This document shows, in pieces, positions 59,586-64,000 of a stretch of 64,000 nucleotides of DNA; positions within the stretch are counted from its first letter, which is position 1, and the number at the start of each line of letters is the position of its first letter. The stretch comes from Obrimoposthia wandeli (lineage: Eukaryota): NCBI GenBank assembly GCA_977020255.1, contig CDROCS010002027.1, forward strand, positions 62,001-126,000. Reading direction: 5' to 3'. A program made the position numbers and the translations under genes. Under the pieces are notes generated by a model. That model worked only from the letters and a program-made list of their open reading frames with translations, searched no databases and was not told the origin of the DNA.

Positions 59586-60911
59586 TTAAATTGAACCCGA
59601 AATCCCACCTATCTGACGCGCTAGATAAGCGGCGTAATTATCGGTCATTCCGCTGATAAAATCTAATACTCGCATATAAGAATGATATAAATCCCAGTCC
59701 GCCTTTGGTGCGTGAATCCCCATCAAGCTTAATATTTTTTCACTGCGATAACTAATTTTATCACCTTTTTGCGCATGCTGTTCATACACCGCTTGGCAAA
59801 ACGACTCTAGAATTACCCCTAAACTACTATATGCACCGACTTCCAATTCCGTTTTACGCGTATCGGGGAAAATTTCATCATGTGCAATAGACTTAGCTTG
59901 CGCTAAACCCTGAGCAACATTTTCATCACCATCGAGTAATAGCTCTCCACGATATTGCCCTGCCATAATCAACGCGTAGTTTTCAATAAAAACGGTGATT
60001 GCCGACTCAACCATGTTTTCCATCGCTTTACCGCGCAAAGCTGAAAGTTTACGCCTTGAAGAAGCTTGAGAATGAAAAACCGAATCATCAAAATCCAAAT
60101 CTCCGCAAAGCTTTTGCATAATTGGCTTAATACGGGCGAAAGAGAGAATATTTAACTCCATTGCATCTTCTAAATCTAAAATGGCGTAACAAATATCATC
60201 AGCTGCTTCCATCAGATACGTTAATGGATGCCGACACCAGCTATTTTCACCCAGGCTAATAAGTCCAAGCTCATCCGCCAGTTTTTGCATAAAGCTCAGC
60301 TCTGTCATATAACAACTAAATTTTCCTTTAGCAGTCGCTTGCGTCGACAGCCAAGGGTATTTAATCAATGTTCCTAAGGTAGGATAGGTTAAGCGTAAAC
60401 CACCATCATACAAGTGGTTTTCAATGGTAGTTACCACTCTAAAGCCTTGAGCATTTCCTTCAAAGGTTTGGATATCACACTTTTGAGCGTCAGTTAATGA
60501 CGCTAATAATCGCTCTCCTGAAGGCTGTTTAAACCAATCTCGGATTGCGTATTCACCAGCATGCCCAAAAGGTGGATTACCAATATCGTGCGCCAAACAA
60601 GCTGATTGCACTATCATGCCTAAATCATGAGGGCTAACCCAAGTAGGGAGTTTATCTTTAATTAACTCCCCAACTCTTATACCTAAAGTGCGCCCAATAC
60701 TACCCACTTCGATCGAGTGTGTTAACCGTGTATGGATGTGATCATTTAGCGCCAGAGGGTGTACTTGGGTTTTGCGTCCCAAGCGGCGAAAGGCGCTAGA
60801 GAATATAATTCTATCGTGATCTTTATGAAAATGGCTACGCCCAAGTTCTTCTGGTAGATCTTCATGACCATATCTTTTGGGCGTTAATAAGCTTTGCCAC
60901 TGCATTAACAT
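59586..60911 (-). CDS. dgt: dGTP triphosphohydrolase
   Basis: FRRLGRKTQV, RLTHSIEV, HDIGNPPFGHAGE, FEGNAQ, EAADDICY and DFISGMTD.YA. Confidence 0.94.
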   Translation of the reverse strand: MLMQWQSLLTPKRYGHEDLPEELGRSHFHKDHDRIIFSSAFRRLGRKTQVHPLALNDHIHTRLTHSIEVGSIGRTLGIRVGELIKDKLPTWVSPHDLGMIVQSACLAHDIGNPPFGHAGEYAIRDWFKQPSGERLLASLTDAQKCDIQTFEGNAQGFRVVTTIENHLYDGGLRLTYPTLGTLIKYPWLSTQATAKGKFSCYMTELSFMQKLADELGLISLGENSWCRHPLTYLMEAADDICYAILDLEDAMELNILSFARIKPIMQKLCGDLDFDDSVFHSQASSRRKLSALRGKAMENMVESAITVFIENYALIMAGQYRGELLLDGDENVAQGLAQAKSIAHDEIFPDTRKTELEVGAYSSLGVILESFCQAVYEQHAQKGDKISYRSEKILSLMGIHAPKADWDLYHSYMRVLDFISGMTDNYAAYLARQIGGISGSI

Positions 60912-61460
60912 CGAATCGCCTCGTTATCTAAGAAAATGTTGATTTTATTAACTAAAAGCTAACTTTTGAAGGCTAAGCATAGTCTTAAACTATTACACGC
61001 ACAACTGCCTGTTATTAAGGCGGCTTCCATGTTATTTTTTCTGACCTGCTAGCTATTTTGTACAAGTTAGTCCGCAACAAATGCCCGAAACAACTGGCTG
61101 TATTCCGTGAATATTTTATACGAACATAATTTTCTACTGTATTAGAAACACCAACAATAACTCCCCCAGTATATTTTACTGGTAAACCTAAAAGAGTCGG
61201 GGATATTTATATTTAGTAAAATGATGTCCGTAATCAATGCAGTGACAAGCACTGTCATGCTGTAAAAGATTCAAAGTGATTTACCTTTGAAACCCGTTGT
61301 AGGGTCAATAATTTACCCAAGCTAACTCTTATATTACTAACTAAGCGCGACATATTCATAAACAAGCATATTATGGGCAAAAGCTGTAAGCAGCCTTTTA
61401 TTAAACTACCTCTTATTAATGTGATGTTTACACTAATAATAGCGGTGCGGTGCGATACTC

Positions 61461-61485
61461 GCACACTGTTTACAAAACAGTGTGC
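61461..61485. terminator. Hairpin downstream of the nitroreductase gene
   Basis: GCACACTGTTT-ACA-AAACAGTGTGC. Confidence 0.6.
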
Positions 61486-61526
61486 TTATTTAGATAATTC
61501 AATGACAACCAATGCAACACTTCAGA

Positions 61527-62090
61527 TCAAACGATAACATTCGCCTTCGATACAAAATCATTACTATTTACAGCAGATACAGGGCGAAATTTCTTAGCGG
61601 TACCTAGGTAAAGAAAACCTACTATTTTTTCATGCACATCTAAGCCTAAGCTTTTTTCTACACTTTTATCAAACATCATACCGCCAGAGCGCCACATTGC
61701 GCCCAACCCTTGTGCAAAAGCGGCTAATTGCAAAGCATGTGCAACGCAACCAGCAGTAATTATCTGCTCTATTTCTGGTACTTTTGCGTGCTCTGTAATA
61801 CTTGCTACTACTGTTATTATCATAGGTGCTCGCTGCGGTTTACCCGCAATTTTTAACTGCTGTACCTCAGTCAATGCAGGATTTTTTGCTAAGTTTGCTT
61901 GTAAAAACACCTCACCGAGCTTCACCAACTGCTCTCCTTCTAAGACCACTAACCGCCAAGGTTGTAAATTAGCGTGATCTGGAGCACGAGCAGCAGCTTG
62001 GTACATTACATTTAATTGCTCAGCAGTGGGAGCTGGAGCACTAAGCACAGGACATGAGACTCTATTGTGTAATAGTTCTATTGCTTGCAT
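61527..62090 (-). CDS. Nitroreductase family protein (YdjA-like)
   Basis: R.S...L, RAPDHANLQPWR, LGAMWRSG and GFLYLGT. Confidence 0.9.
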   Translation of the reverse strand: MQAIELLHNRVSCPVLSAPAPTAEQLNVMYQAAARAPDHANLQPWRLVVLEGEQLVKLGEVFLQANLAKNPALTEVQQLKIAGKPQRAPMIITVVASITEHAKVPEIEQIITAGCVAHALQLAAFAQGLGAMWRSGGMMFDKSVEKSLGLDVHEKIVGFLYLGTAKKFRPVSAVNSNDFVSKANVIV

Positions 62091-62113
62091 AACAATCCTT
62101 AATGAAATTTTAG

Positions 62114-62971
62114 TTACTGGCGGGCTAAACGTAAATTACTTACTTGGCTATCAACGCTGCTTCTAAAGGGATTAATATCTAATCCACCGCGGCGAATATA
62201 ACGTGCATACACTGTTAATTCTTGTGGCTTGCAGTGTTGCCAAATATCCATAAATATATTTTCAACACACTGCTCATGAAAGTCACCATGCTCACGATAT
62301 GAAATCAAATACGCTAATAAAGAAGCTTGATCAATAACAGCACCACGATAGCTAATACTAATACTCGCCCAATCAGGCTGCCCTGTTACTGGGCAATTAG
62401 ATTTTAGGATATGACTATATAAAGATTCACTTACTTGTTTGTTTTCAGTAGTTTTTAATAAGCTACTTTCAGGGCTGTAGTGGTGCACATCAATATCACA
62501 TTCATCAATACAAGTTCCTGAAAAATGCTCTATAGCTGGAAGTTGATCTAAATGGAAAAACTGAACGCTAACATCACCGCCAGCTACTTTGCTTAAATCT
62601 AGCTGCATTTGCGCTACCACTGCTTGTTCAGTGTCGAATTTGCTCAAGTTATAAGAATTCAAATACAGCTTAAAAGATTTTGATTCTATGATGCTTTTTG
62701 AATCTGCTTGAAAGCGAAATTCAGCGACCCGTACGATAGGTTTTCCTTTGATATTAAGCCAAGAAATTTCGTAGCCATTCCAAATATCAACAGCACTGGT
62801 TGATTTCATAAACGGGAGCGAGTCGCGATTAATTGATCTTTTACTCCAGTTAATATCCCTTTCTATAGGAAACAGTAAGCCAGCATCATATTTATTAATG
62901 TAAGCCGTATGATTACCCAGTGGTGACGCTGATAATTTTTGTTGTTCTCGCTGTTCGTCATTATTCATCAT
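62114..62971 (-). CDS. queF: NADPH-dependent 7-cyano-7-deazaguanine reductase (long form)
   Basis: DIWNGYEISWLN, IESKSFKLYLNS, SNCPVTGQPDW, FHEQCVE and RRGGLDINP. Confidence 0.97.
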   Translation of the reverse strand: MMNNDEQREQQKLSASPLGNHTAYINKYDAGLLFPIERDINWSKRSINRDSLPFMKSTSAVDIWNGYEISWLNIKGKPIVRVAEFRFQADSKSIIESKSFKLYLNSYNLSKFDTEQAVVAQMQLDLSKVAGGDVSVQFFHLDQLPAIEHFSGTCIDECDIDVHHYSPESSLLKTTENKQVSESLYSHILKSNCPVTGQPDWASISISYRGAVIDQASLLAYLISYREHGDFHEQCVENIFMDIWQHCKPQELTVYARYIRRGGLDINPFRSSVDSQVSNLRLARQ

Positions 62972-63741
62972 GTTCTTATACCTTTGCCTTTATTCAACAT
63001 ACTTAAAGCAATGCAAAACAATGAAACTACAAAGACAATAATGACCCCTAAAGACAAATAAATATTAATGTCACTAGCACCTAAAATTCCGTATCTGAAG
63101 GTACTTACCATATATAAAATAGGGTTAAGCTGTGAAACCCCCTGCCAAAACTCAGGTAATAATGAGATGGAATAAAAAACGCCACCTAAATAGGTTAAAG
63201 GTGTCAGTATAAAAGTAGGAACAATCGATACATCATCAAATGAATTGGCTAACATTGCGTTTATAAAACCGCCTGTGGCAAATAAAATTGACGTCAACAA
63301 AGTCACTATCATAATAATGGCTAAGCTGTGAACCTGTAAATCCGTAAAGAATAGGGAAAGTACCGTTACAATGAACCCTACCATTAAGCCTCGCGCCATT
63401 CCTCCGAGGATATAACCGACAAGTATGATCCAGTTTGGCATCGGTGACACTAGCATTTCTTCAACGCTACCTTGAAACTTTGCACTATAAAAAGATGAAA
63501 CTACATTACTATAAGAATTGGTAATAACCGACATCATAATCAAACCGGGTACGATAAATTCCATATAGCTAAAGCCACCCATTTCACCAATACGGCTGCC
63601 AATCAGCGTACCAAAAATCACAAAGTATAAACTCATCGTAATAGCAGGCGGAAGTAAGGTTTGCGCCCAAATACGGGTAAAGCGTCGTATTTCTCGACGA
63701 ACAATAGTCAATAACGCTATTAGTAATTCTTGATTACTCAC
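62968..63741 (-). CDS. yadH: ABC-2 type permease
   Basis: REIRRF.RIW.QTLLPP, PGLIMMSVITNSYSNV and PLTYLGGVFYS. Confidence 0.92.
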   Translation of the reverse strand: MSNQELLIALLTIVRREIRRFTRIWAQTLLPPAITMSLYFVIFGTLIGSRIGEMGGFSYMEFIVPGLIMMSVITNSYSNVVSSFYSAKFQGSVEEMLVSPMPNWIILVGYILGGMARGLMVGFIVTVLSLFFTDLQVHSLAIIMIVTLLTSILFATGGFINAMLANSFDDVSIVPTFILTPLTYLGGVFYSISLLPEFWQGVSQLNPILYMVSTFRYGILGASDINIYLSLGVIIVFVVSLFCIALSMLNKGKGIRT

Positions 63742-64000
63742 TTGCTTGCTCCAAATTATTATCGACCATAGAAATAAACATTTCCTCCAATCGGTTGGTT
63801 TTATTACGCATGCTGCTTACTTTAATATTGAGCTCATCTAGCTTAGAGAACAGCTGATTAATGGTTTGGCCTTTCTTTATTTCTACCACTAAAGAGTGCT
63901 CATCTTGCAAGCTGATTTTATAGCCTGCTATAACTGGAAGCTGTTGTAAGTTTGGCGAAACATCTAAGATAAAACTTTCAGAATCAAGCTGCTGTAACAA
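63734..64000 (-). CDS. yadG: ABC transporter ATP-binding protein, C-terminal part (starts beyond the right edge)
   Basis: SMRNKTNRLEEMF C-terminus; overlaps the yadH start. Confidence 0.85.
   Translation of the reverse strand: MLQQLDSESFILDVSPNLQQLPVIAGYKISLQDEHSLVVEIKKGQTINQLFSKLDELNIKVSSMRNKTNRLEEMFISMVDNNLEQASE

Noticed and set aside
59586-60911. dGTPase as an anti-phage defence gene
   Set aside because: Housekeeping context (yciH, nitroreductase, queF) with no defence or mobility genes nearby.
60960-61464. Possible frameshifted small membrane gene upstream of dgt
   Set aside because: Short frames (69 aa and fragments) with no recognisable family or RBS; cannot be supported without a search.

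Overview
AT-rich chromosomal segment of a gammaproteobacterium. The gyrA-serC-pheA-tyrA/aroA-cmk-rpsA-ihfB-lapA-pyrF order is Pseudomonadales/Oceanospirillales-like; a marine lifestyle is inferred, not shown. The window is mostly housekeeping and peptide/amino-acid foraging genes: oligopeptidase B, Opp ABC, M16 peptidase, HppD, HglS and a fused 2-oxoacid dehydrogenase E1. It also carries SRP RNA, a cobalamin riboswitch and a Fur box. No transposase, integrase, prophage or CRISPR was seen. The most notable observations are: (1) the aromatic superoperon is being dismantled. The AroA once fused to TyrA has lost about half its length by a deletion between its two VPGD hinge motifs, and it also carries an in-frame TGA and an 8-bp duplication frameshift. 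The PDT domain of the still-open PheA has lost essentially all its catalytic motifs, while chorismate mutase and TyrA look intact. (2) A B12 riboswitch with an elongated P4 arm sits ahead of cbtBA, which is followed by a YtkA-like protein and a His/Tyr-type (MauG/MbnH-like) di-heme enzyme. (3) An E1 alpha/beta fusion is paired with a FabD-like transferase that lacks the malonyl-binding Arg, with no E2 or ACP gene nearby. (4) There are two families of non-coding interspersed elements: a ~150-bp MITE with TIRs and target-site duplications, and a ~220-bp structured element in two diverged copies. Family assignments come from motif recognition by eye; no database searches were run.
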